The notes under the pieces were generated by a model, which was not told the origin of the DNA, did no database searches, and worked only from the letters and a program-made list of their open reading frames with translations. The position numbers and the translations under genes were made by a program. Below are positions 18,126 to 26,535 of a stretch of DNA of 64,000 nucleotides, one piece after another (position 1 is the first letter of the stretch; each line of letters begins with the position of its first letter). The stretch is taken from positions 352,001 through 416,000 of the forward strand of contig JBHYGA010000005.1 in NCBI GenBank assembly GCA_051859245.1. The letters run 5' to 3'. Origin of the DNA: Gemmatimonadaceae bacterium. GTDB lineage: Bacteria; Gemmatimonadota; Gemmatimonadetes; Gemmatimonadales; Gemmatimonadaceae.

Positions 18126-19864
18126 CGATCATGCCTTTTTCTCTCGCGCTTCTGCAGGCTGCTGATCCCGAGATTTCGCTCGACGGTGTGCTGTCGGCCA
18201 TTCTCGGCGGCGGCAGCATTGTGTTGATCATCGGTCTCTTTGTTGGTCTCGGCCTGTTCTTCGCGTCGCGCTACAAAGTGTGCCCAACGAATCGGCTGCT
18301 CGTGATCTCCGGTGCGACATCGCAAACCAACGAACACGGTGACACGCTACCCAAGGTGATCGCCGGTGGCGGCACGTTTGTGTGGCCAATTATTCAGCAA
18401 TACAACTTTCTCGATCTCGCGCCGTTCACGTTGAAGGTCGCGTTGCAAGACGCACTCTCCGCCGAAACAATTCGTGTGGCGGTGCCGAGTGCGTTCACGC
18501 TCGCGATTGGCAACGCGTCGCCGCACAAGGAGAACGCCGCCACGCGTCTCGTTGGCAAAAACGAAGAAGAGATCAAAGGTCTCGCCGCCGAAACGATCGT
18601 GGGTACGCTGCGGCAGGTGATTGCGGTGATGACGATCCAGGAGATCAACTCAAACCGCGACGAGTTCCGTCGCAAGATTGAGAGCACGCTCGTTCCGGAA
18701 CTCACCAAGCTCGGCCTGTCGCTGCTCAACGTGAATATTCAGGACTTGCGTGACGAGTCCGGCTATCTCGATGCGCTTGGCAAGAAGGCCGGTTCCGAAG
18801 CCACACAGCGCGCGCTCGGCGACGTGGCTGAGGCGGAGAAAACCGGTGCGATTCGCGTGGCCGAAGCACAGCGCGAGAAGGACGTGATCGTGGCCGCGCA
18901 AAAGCGCGATCAGGTCATCGGTGTGCAGGAAGCACAGTTGGCGCAAACCATGCGTTTGGCCGAAATGACGCGTGAGCAGGACGTGCAAACGCGCACGCAG
19001 GAAACCCAACGCGATCGTGAAGTGGCCACGCTCGATCGTGAACGTCGCATCGCCATCTCGGAAGCGAATGCCGCGGCCGTGGCTGGTGAAGCCGTGGCCG
19101 AAGCACAGAAGCGTGTGCGCATTGCCGAAACGAATGCGGACGCCGTGAAGGGTGAAACGCAGGCCAAGGCGCAGGTGGCGGAATCCGAAGCCAATCTCGC
19201 GGTCACCGCCGCCGAAGCGCGCAAGCGCGCGGAGTCGGCGCGTGCGATCGCGGACGGTCAGGTCGCCGAGGCCACGGCCAAGGCGCGCGAGGCCGCGGCA
19301 CTTGCCGAGGCCAGGCAGATCGAAGCCTCTGAGCGTGCTCGGTTGGAGGCGCCGGCCAAGGCGGCGGCGGCCACAGCGATTGTGTCGGCCGAAGGCCAGG
19401 CCCAGCAGGTCACGATTGCCGCCGAAGCCGCGGCGACAGCCGTGAAGGCCAAGCTCGAAGCGGAAGCCGACGGTCAGTACGCGTTGCTCTCGCAGCGCGC
19501 ACGCGGCCTCAAGGAGCTGGTGGAAGCGGCCGGAAGTCCGGAGCAGGCGTTTGCTCTGTTGCTGGTCGACATGGTCCCAACGCTGGTCGAAAAAGCCGCC
19601 GAGGCGGTGAAGGGGGTGAATGTGGAGAAAGTCATCGTGTGGGACGCGGGCGGCGGTAACGGGGCAGGCGGTGGCGTGAGCCGCGTGACCCACGACCTCG
19701 TTCGCTCCGTGCCGCCCGCGATGGATCTGATCCGTCACGTCACCGGCATTGAACTGCCCGGGTTGGGCAAGCTGTCGCCCGACATGGCGGCCAAGCTTTC
19801 TGCATCGCTCACCCCCGAGCAGGCTGAGGTGCTGCTCGCCGCAACCGATCGCGGCGAGGCATGA
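18122..19864 (+). CDS. Flotillin / SPFH family protein
   Basis: GGGTFVWPIIQ, ALSAETIRVAVPS, NVNIQD..DESGYLDALG, Ala/Glu-rich coiled coil, EKVIVWD. Confidence 0.92.
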   Translation: MTIMPFSLALLQAADPEISLDGVLSAILGGGSIVLIIGLFVGLGLFFASRYKVCPTNRLLVISGATSQTNEHGDTLPKVIAGGGTFVWPIIQQYNFLDLAPFTLKVALQDALSAETIRVAVPSAFTLAIGNASPHKENAATRLVGKNEEEIKGLAAETIVGTLRQVIAVMTIQEINSNRDEFRRKIESTLVPELTKLGLSLLNVNIQDLRDESGYLDALGKKAGSEATQRALGDVAEAEKTGAIRVAEAQREKDVIVAAQKRDQVIGVQEAQLAQTMRLAEMTREQDVQTRTQETQRDREVATLDRERRIAISEANAAAVAGEAVAEAQKRVRIAETNADAVKGETQAKAQVAESEANLAVTAAEARKRAESARAIADGQVAEATAKAREAAALAEARQIEASERARLEAPAKAAAATAIVSAEGQAQQVTIAAEAAATAVKAKLEAEADGQYALLSQRARGLKELVEAAGSPEQAFALLLVDMVPTLVEKAAEAVKGVNVEKVIVWDAGGGNGAGGGVSRVTHDLVRSVPPAMDLIRHVTGIELPGLGKLSPDMAAKLSASLTPEQAEVLLAATDRGEA

Positions 19865-19949
19865 CGTAACCCAACAGCGCTCCGGCTCGTCGTATATGGC
19901 CGTCACCTGATGTCGCGGTGGCGGCCCGACCTTGAACGGAGCGCTGTGC

Positions 19950-20219
19950 ATGTCCCTTTCCTTTGCCAGGGCCACCGAGCCCTGGACCCCCGCCCTTGTA
20001 CCGCGTCAGTGGTGGTACGTCGCGCCAAGCACCTCAAGCCCCCAGGGCACGCCTGCGGAAGGACCGTGGACGCTCGCGCACGTGCAGCAGGCGATCACAG
20101 GTGGCGCGATCGAAAGCTCTCGCCTGGTGTGGACGCCGGGCATGGCGTCGTGGTCGCCGGTGGGTCATCAGCCCGAGTTTGCCTTCGATTTTTCGCCGCC
20201 GCCGTTGCCCGCGGCGTAA
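19950..20219 (+). CDS. Stand-alone GYF_2 (DUF4339) domain protein
   Basis: WWY...GPW...G.I....LVWTPGMASW....PE...PPPLP. Confidence 0.8.
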   Translation: MSLSFARATEPWTPALVPRQWWYVAPSTSSPQGTPAEGPWTLAHVQQAITGGAIESSRLVWTPGMASWSPVGHQPEFAFDFSPPPLPAA

Positions 20220-20254
20220 CGGCCAGACGTGAAGCTCGTTCCGTCACCACGCGC

Positions 20255-21049
20255 GTGAGCCTTCGCCTGCAGCAGGTGCATGTGCGCTGTGCGGGATGCG
20301 GCGCGCCGGCTGGCGATCCGTCGCTCACGCGATGCAGTTACTGCACGCTGGTGTTCGGGCAGCGCGCGTGTCCGAGCTGCCATTGCCGCATGGCGCCCGG
20401 CGTCACGTTCTGCCAGTGGTGCGGTACCGGTACGATTACACCGGCTGCTGAGCACTCCACGCTGTTGTGTCCCTGCGGGAACGCCACGTTGCAACACCGG
20501 GCGATTCCCGTTCCACCTGGCACCGTTGGCGGCGCGATGTACATCGCTGACTGTCCGGTATGCACTGGCATGTGGCTTTCGCGAGAATCGGTGGAACGAC
20601 TTGTCGCCAGTCATGCCGACGACGCCATCGTGCTCGCGCTTGCGCCGGGAGTGGGAGCGGCCGTTGCCTCACGAGCGAAGAGCGTGACCGAAACAAGCGT
20701 GCGCTACAGAAAATGCCCCGAGTGCAGCGGGCTCATGAATCGCGTGAACTACGCGCGCATCTCGGGCATCGTGGTTGATGTGTGCAAGTCGCACGGCACA
20801 TGGTTCGATGCGCATGAGTTGCCAGCGCTGCTCGACTTCGTACGGCGCGGTGGCCTTGATGTGGCGCGCAAGCGAGAAACTGTTGCGCTCGCAGACGAAC
20901 GTCGCCGACTTGAGCGAGAGCGCGCGATCCGCACGCAAACGGAGCACATGCGCGGGGATCGGCGCGCAGTGTGGCTGCTCTCGGAGCGTGGTGATTCGCA
21001 TCGCCCGAGTTTATTCTCGTTGCTCGGCGACCTGCTCAACAAATCGTGA
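20255..21049 (+). CDS. Multi zinc-ribbon protein (double zinc ribbon + zf-TFIIB-like)
   Basis: CAGC, CSYC, CPSC, CQWC, CPC, CPVC.GMWL, CPEC, DVCKSHGTWFD; start uncertain. Confidence 0.8.
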   Translation: MSLRLQQVHVRCAGCGAPAGDPSLTRCSYCTLVFGQRACPSCHCRMAPGVTFCQWCGTGTITPAAEHSTLLCPCGNATLQHRAIPVPPGTVGGAMYIADCPVCTGMWLSRESVERLVASHADDAIVLALAPGVGAAVASRAKSVTETSVRYRKCPECSGLMNRVNYARISGIVVDVCKSHGTWFDAHELPALLDFVRRGGLDVARKRETVALADERRRLERERAIRTQTEHMRGDRRAVWLLSERGDSHRPSLFSLLGDLLNKS

Positions 21050-21076
21050 GCAGGATCGCCGAGCCACAACCGAGTA

Positions 21077-21763
21077 TTACGGAGCCTGCTTCTTCATGGC
21101 AAAGTCGTACTCAAGGCGAATCGTGTCGTTCACGCTTAGCACCACACGCACACGCGGCTGCGTGAGCTGGAACTCGGCAAAGGTGAACGATGTCGCGGCT
21201 GTACCCGTGAGTTGGTCCCCTGCCACATTCGCCGTCACGTTCCACGTGCTCGGGCGCGTAACGCCTTTCACAGTGAGATCGCCGAGCAGCTGAAACTGCA
21301 CGCGGCCGCTGGTTGGCAGCGGCGACGGCAATCCGCGAACACCGGTCACCGCCAGTCGCGTGGTGGGGAACGAATCGGTCACCAACAAGCGCGACCGCAC
21401 GTAGTTGTCGCGTCGCGCTTCATCGCTGGTCAGGCCCGCGAGTGTGACATCAAAGCTGGAAGTACCGCGCACTACAGCGCCCGATTTATCGAGCGCAATC
21501 GTGCCGGTAATGGCCGACGTCTCACCAACGGCATCGTTGTCGAGTTCGCGTCCAAGCAATCGCTCGCGCACGCGATACCGTGCCTTGCTGCCTTCCGCGA
21601 CCGTGACGTATTTCACGGCAATCTGTTGCAACGGAGCGCGCGCTGGTTCGGCCGCGTGCGCCTCCTGCGTTTCCGTGGTCGCGCGCGGCGACCACGGTGT
21701 GAGACTGAGCACGCCGGCTACGGCGGCGCCAATCGCGAGTGATGTAACGCGGGGATTGATCAC
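21077..21763 (-). CDS. YceI family lipid/polyisoprenoid-binding protein
   Basis: SKARYRVRE, LTSDEARRD, GDLTVKGVT. Confidence 0.9.
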   Translation of the reverse strand: MINPRVTSLAIGAAVAGVLSLTPWSPRATTETQEAHAAEPARAPLQQIAVKYVTVAEGSKARYRVRERLLGRELDNDAVGETSAITGTIALDKSGAVVRGTSSFDVTLAGLTSDEARRDNYVRSRLLVTDSFPTTRLAVTGVRGLPSPLPTSGRVQFQLLGDLTVKGVTRPSTWNVTANVAGDQLTGTAATSFTFAEFQLTQPRVRVVLSVNDTIRLEYDFAMKKQAP

Positions 21764-24462
21764 TGCTGGTTCTCCATAGTGACCGGACCCTTCGCGTCTT
21801 TCTTGCCATCGTTCTTGACGTACTTGTCAAGCCACGCGACCCAGCGGCCCCACTGATCAAGGACCGTCTCCTTGGCAATCGGACCATGATCTTCGTAGGG
21901 ATACATGTACAACGAAACGTTCTTACCCAGTCCCTGCAGTGCGTGGAACAAGCGCTCCGAGTTGATCGGCGCGGTGCCAACGTTCTGGTCATCGGTGCTG
22001 TGGTAGAGCAACAGCGCGCCGTTCAGTTTGTCGGCATACAGAAATGGCGACATTGCAAGATACGTTTCGCGACCCTGCCAGAAATCGCGACGCTCACTCT
22101 GGAATCCGTTGGGTGTGAGCGTGCGATTGTAGGCGCCGTCACCCGCAATACCGGCTTTGAAAAACGGCGTGTGCACCATCGCGTTCACGGCACTGAACGC
22201 GCCGTAGCTGTGCCCGCCAATACCGAGGCGATGGCGGTCCACGATTGCCAGCGTGTCGAGCGCATCGATCGTGGCGGCCAGATTGTTGCGCAGATCGGCC
22301 ACGTAGTTGTCGTTCGGCTGCATGCCATCGCTGGCAAAGATCGGTGCATCCGGCTCAATGAGTGCGTAGCCCTGCGTGGTGATAAACGCCATGCTGCGCG
22401 GTGCGAACGTTGGGAAACGACGTGACGCCGCACCAGCGGGTGCGTTGGCCTGACGATCGTACTCCGCCTGATTCTGATACTCGCGCGGATAGAACCAGAA
22501 GAGTGCGGGCAAACGCGTGCCTTCTTTGTAGTCAGCCGGCAGCGTGACACGCACATTGAACGTGTAGCCGTCGGCCCGACGCGCAACCACCGTGCGCTTC
22601 TGCAGCGATGACAGCTCCGGGAACAGATCGCGATTGTTCGTGAGCTGACGTGCGGTCTTTGTGGCCACGTCAAGCACAAACGACTGCGGCGGTGTGGTGG
22701 CTGACTCGCGGTTCACAATGGCGCGCGTAAAGTCGTCATCAAGCGCAGCGCCGATCGACTCCGAAATGTCGCCGCTGCTCTCATACACACGCGTGCGTTC
22801 GCCCGTTTTGATCGCCACGCGATCCACCCATACGCGCGGTGAGCGACCGGTCGTGGTATCGGGTGTTGAGCCCTGCAGAAACACCGACTGACCATCGCTT
22901 GATACCATCACGCTTGGCGCACCACGGCGACCGGGCTTGCTCATGAGCGTTGCGGCGCCGGGCGCCGCGGCAGCAGCGCGACCGCCTGCAGGTGCCGCAG
23001 GACGCGTTGTATCTGCACGGGCCGCGCTGTCAGCGCCACGTCCGCGGCGCGGCGCAACGATCGTGTACTTCTTGTCGGGCTCGTCAACAAAGATCGCAAG
23101 TTCCGTTGTGCCGCCGGTGCCGGTTTCTGACACAAACAGAATCTTGCCATCGTCGGAGAATCGGCTGTTCGCAATGCGATTGCTGGTTTCGTAGACGACT
23201 TTCTGGCTCGTGCTGTCGAACGGCGGCAGCCAGTGCACCAGCCGGTCCGCGCGACGCGCGAGCGACGCCGAGTCCGTACGCGCGGCAGGTGCCGCACCCG
23301 CGCGAGCGGCAGGCGCTGGCGCGAGTTGCGCGAACAACAAGCCGGCTTGTGTGGGGTGCCACTGCAGGCTGCGCTTGGCCGTGTCATTGCCAGCGCCGCG
23401 CGCGGCGGGTGTTGTCGGACGGGCGGGAGGATTGTCGGGATCGTCAACCGCTTCGCCTTCACGCAGTGGACGCTTGGACAGCTGCACCAGCGATTTGCCG
23501 CTCGCGTCGATCACGTTTTCTGTTTGTCCAAAGCTCGCGACCGGCAACAGATACGAGAACGGTTCATCGAGCGACGTGACGCGGAAATGCTGTCCATCAG
23601 GAGACGCGCTCAGCGTGCGAATCATTTGCGGTGCGCCGATTTTTTTCACCGCGCGCGAACGCACATCGATCACTGCCAACTGACCCGTGGAGTAATACGT
23701 TAACAGCGTTTTGTCGTACGGCGTGGTGAGCAGACTGGCGTAGGTGCGCGTCTTCAGTTTGTTGTTGTCATTCACGCGCACAATCGGTTCGGTGGCGACG
23801 GCTGGCGGCGCGGGTTCCGCACCGCGACCATCGGGCACCAACACCGCGACAATGCTCCGACTGTCTGCGGTCCACTCCATGTTCGTCACGTGCGTTGCAA
23901 GCAGCGGGGTGCGCGTGAGCGGGCGCGAGCGACCCGTGGCCGGATCGGCGAGGTAGATGTGTGTGGCGTTGTCGAACAGGGCCATGAAGGCGATCGTGGT
24001 GCCGTCGGGCGACCACGCCGTGGGCCCAACGCGCGCACCGGTTGGGATATTCACACTCACGACCTTGCCCGTCTCCCAATTGCGTAGCTCCAGACCAGCG
24101 CTCGAGCGCGTGGTCAACGAGCGCGCCCGGCTGGCGACACGATCCACCTGAAATCCGCCGAGATTGTGGTATGGCTTGCCCATCGCCGCGAGCGACGGCA
24201 GGCCATCGCTTACCGTGCGCAGAAACCACTGACGGCTGCCCGGGTTCGGGGCGCTGAAGGTGATGTTCTGTTCACGGGGCGCAGTCACCAGCTTTTCCAG
24301 CGCTGGCGGCGGGGTGATGTAGCGTTCCGCGTTGATCGCTTCATCGAGCTGCGCCGTGTTGCTGGTGGGCTTGTTCTGCGCGAGCAGGAGGCTCGCGGGG
24401 AACGAGATCAGCATCGCGAGGGCAGTGTAGCGGACCAATCGGCGTGGGGCTGGTGCGGGCAT
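21760..24462 (-). CDS. S9 family (prolyl oligopeptidase-like) serine peptidase
   Basis: GHSYG nucleophile, YNRTLTPNGFQSE, DQNVGT, PYEDH; signal peptide and beta-propeller region. Confidence 0.92.
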   Translation of the reverse strand: MPAPAPRRLVRYTALAMLISFPASLLLAQNKPTSNTAQLDEAINAERYITPPPALEKLVTAPREQNITFSAPNPGSRQWFLRTVSDGLPSLAAMGKPYHNLGGFQVDRVASRARSLTTRSSAGLELRNWETGKVVSVNIPTGARVGPTAWSPDGTTIAFMALFDNATHIYLADPATGRSRPLTRTPLLATHVTNMEWTADSRSIVAVLVPDGRGAEPAPPAVATEPIVRVNDNNKLKTRTYASLLTTPYDKTLLTYYSTGQLAVIDVRSRAVKKIGAPQMIRTLSASPDGQHFRVTSLDEPFSYLLPVASFGQTENVIDASGKSLVQLSKRPLREGEAVDDPDNPPARPTTPAARGAGNDTAKRSLQWHPTQAGLLFAQLAPAPAARAGAAPAARTDSASLARRADRLVHWLPPFDSTSQKVVYETSNRIANSRFSDDGKILFVSETGTGGTTELAIFVDEPDKKYTIVAPRRGRGADSAARADTTRPAAPAGGRAAAAAPGAATLMSKPGRRGAPSVMVSSDGQSVFLQGSTPDTTTGRSPRVWVDRVAIKTGERTRVYESSGDISESIGAALDDDFTRAIVNRESATTPPQSFVLDVATKTARQLTNNRDLFPELSSLQKRTVVARRADGYTFNVRVTLPADYKEGTRLPALFWFYPREYQNQAEYDRQANAPAGAASRRFPTFAPRSMAFITTQGYALIEPDAPIFASDGMQPNDNYVADLRNNLAATIDALDTLAIVDRHRLGIGGHSYGAFSAVNAMVHTPFFKAGIAGDGAYNRTLTPNGFQSERRDFWQGRETYLAMSPFLYADKLNGALLLYHSTDDQNVGTAPINSERLFHALQGLGKNVSLYMYPYEDHGPIAKETVLDQWGRWVAWLDKYVKNDGKKDAKGPVTMENQQ

Positions 24463-24603
24463 GGGCAGGCTTGCCTGGGAAGGATGGATCGGGAGAAACG
24501 GACGGCACTCCCGACGATGGGGCCGGTCGTTCGCTGACGCAACCGGGACGAACGGGGAAACCAGCGCGGGGAGTCTGCGTATTGTACGCATCCCCCTTAC
24601 CAG

Positions 24604-24807
24604 GTGCTGTCCATGATTGCTTCCCTGCTTCGGCTAGTTGCGCTTCGCCCCTTTCTGGGCATGGCGATTCTGGGCGTGCCAGTGCTCGCCCTGATTGCCC
24701 TTGGACTGCTGACGGTCGTGGCGTTCAAGGTGATGGTCGCGCTGATCATCCCGGTGTCCGTGGTACTGCTGGTGCTCTGGCTCCTTCGACGAATGAAGCG
24801 TGCCTGA
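24604..24807 (+). CDS. Small membrane protein
   Basis: 67 aa, two hydrophobic helices, basic C-terminus. Confidence 0.6.
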   Translation: MLSMIASLLRLVALRPFLGMAILGVPVLALIALGLLTVVAFKVMVALIIPVSVVLLVLWLLRRMKRA

Positions 24808-24843
24808 GTAGCATCGGCGAGCGCTTTCGGCGACCATTCGGGC

Positions 24844-25485
24844 ATGCCTCATTCGCGTGCCCGTTGTCTCATGTTTTTGCTCGCCACATCGCTGTGCTTC
24901 GTGGCTCCGGCTCTCGCCAGCCGTCTGCACGCACAGCCCGTTCAGCCCACCGGTACGGTCTTCCCACGGTACGCGGGCTCGCGCGCCGAAGCCGAAGTTG
25001 ACCGCCCCCATGAGTTTTACGTGAGCACCGTGGGTTGGATTCCGCTCGGACGCGTGCTCTGGTCGTCCGGGAGCGATCAAGTCACGCCCTCGCCCAAGGT
25101 GTGGCCCAAAGACCTTGAATCCTACGGTCGTCGCTTTATCACGCGATCGGCGCAGCTGGTTATCATCGAGGCCGTTCGCCACAGCTCGGCCGCCGCGCTC
25201 GATCGCGATCCCGTGTACGTGCGCTGTGCGTGTGAAGGCGTTGCCTCTCGACTCCGGCACGCCACGCTCGGCGTGGTGACCGATTTTGATACCAAGGGCC
25301 AGCGTCGCATCGGATGGCCGCGGTTCGCGGGCGCACTCGCCGGCGCGCTCGCGTTGGGACAGCTGCAGCCCGAGCAAAACAAAACCGGCACGATTGCACT
25401 GCGAACCGGATTAACGGTTGCCGGCGCACTCATCGGCAACACGATGCTTGAGTTCGACATGATGCCGGGCGGCAAGCACGACTAG
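24844..25485 (+). CDS. Hypothetical exported/membrane protein
   Basis: Signal-like N-terminus, DP.Y.RC.C.G..SRL.HA motif. Confidence 0.6.
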   Translation: MPHSRARCLMFLLATSLCFVAPALASRLHAQPVQPTGTVFPRYAGSRAEAEVDRPHEFYVSTVGWIPLGRVLWSSGSDQVTPSPKVWPKDLESYGRRFITRSAQLVIIEAVRHSSAAALDRDPVYVRCACEGVASRLRHATLGVVTDFDTKGQRRIGWPRFAGALAGALALGQLQPEQNKTGTIALRTGLTVAGALIGNTMLEFDMMPGGKHD

Positions 25486-25657
25486 TCGGTGTTCCCGGGC
25501 AACTCCCCTGGTTTCGCGCGCCGTTTTTCGGAACTCGCGACGGCGCAAAGGGATATGTTTACCACGTGAAGTGCGCGGGTCTGTTTCCGTGCTTTCACCT
25601 CGTGGCGTCAACGGAAGAGACTCCACGCCAACTATCACGGCGGTACGAACGCGCAGG

Positions 25658-26095
25658 ATGGATTTCATGGATAATACGAACGACACGGGCACGACCATCA
25701 ACGACCTTGCGATCGTGCTGCCGAAGCTGGATGCGGCGCGCAACGATCTGCTGGCGTTGCACCGGGTGCTGCTGCACGCGGAACGCGTGCGCTACGAAAA
25801 AGTGTTCGGACGCATTCCAGGCAACGGCGCGTTTCTGCAGCTCGCGATGAATGACCCGTGGTTCACGTGGCTTCGGCCAATGATGCGGCTCGTGTCAGAA
25901 ATTGACTCGCGTCTGCTGGATCGTGGGCAGCCGCCGCTGTCCGCTGAAGAGGCGTCACAGTGGCTTGCCGACGCGAATCGTTTGCTGCGCCCGGATGCGG
26001 AAGGTTCAGGCTTTCAGCAGGAGTTCCAGGCGCTGCTGCAGGACTCTCCGGAAGTAGCAGTGATGCATCGGCAGTTGGTGAAAGAGCGCGACTGA
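25658..26095 (+). CDS. Conserved hypothetical helical protein
   Basis: LL.LH..LL..ER..YE...G.I......LQL...DPWF.WLRP pattern. Confidence 0.7.
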   Translation: MDFMDNTNDTGTTINDLAIVLPKLDAARNDLLALHRVLLHAERVRYEKVFGRIPGNGAFLQLAMNDPWFTWLRPMMRLVSEIDSRLLDRGQPPLSAEEASQWLADANRLLRPDAEGSGFQQEFQALLQDSPEVAVMHRQLVKERD

Positions 26096-26118
26096 GGGCG
26101 TGCCGCTTAGGTTGCGGT

Positions 26119-26535
26119 ATGCTGTTTCACGCCCTGCTGTTGCTCTCACTCTCGGGATTCGCCATGTCGCAGCGCTCGCTTCCGCCATGCCCGGATACAC
26201 CGAACTGCGTGTCGACGGAGTCCACACGATCATCGCAGCGCATGGAGGCGGTGCCATTCCGGGACGATCCCGCGTCAGCGCTGGCGCGGGCTCGTGCGGC
26301 CCTGCTCGAAGAATCGCGCACCACGATTGTTGCGGAAGACGCGGGCTGGCTGAAGGCCGAAGCCAAGAGTTTTCTGTTTCGTTTTGTGGACGACGTCGAG
26401 ATTCTCGTGGATGCGTCGGCTCGAGTCTTCCGGTTTCGTTCCGCCTCACGCGTGGGAAAGAGTGACCTCGGCGTGAACCGCAAACGGATGCAACGAATCA
26501 GCGAGCGGCTGCGGCAGGATTCGGGGTCCAGGTAA
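26119..26535 (+). CDS. DUF1499 domain protein
   Basis: CPDTPNCVS, FVDDVE, RSASRVGKSDLGVNRKR. Confidence 0.92.
   Translation: MLFHALLLLSLSGFAMSQRSLPPCPDTPNCVSTESTRSSQRMEAVPFRDDPASALARARAALLEESRTTIVAEDAGWLKAEAKSFLFRFVDDVEILVDASARVFRFRSASRVGKSDLGVNRKRMQRISERLRQDSGSR

Noticed and set aside
18850..19500. GCCGAAGC/GCCAAGGC-type repeats in flotillin
   Set aside because: Explained by the Ala/Glu-rich coiled coil, not a DNA-level repeat element.
19861..19869. ATG-ACG-TAA minigene overlapping the flotillin stop
   Set aside because: Reading through the stop gives nothing recognisable and another stop follows soon; probably chance.
25495..25560. GGGCAAC...GGCGCAAAG resemblance to a c-di-GMP-I riboswitch
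   Set aside because: Lacks the GAAA tetraloop P2 stem and receptor arrangement; spacing does not fit.
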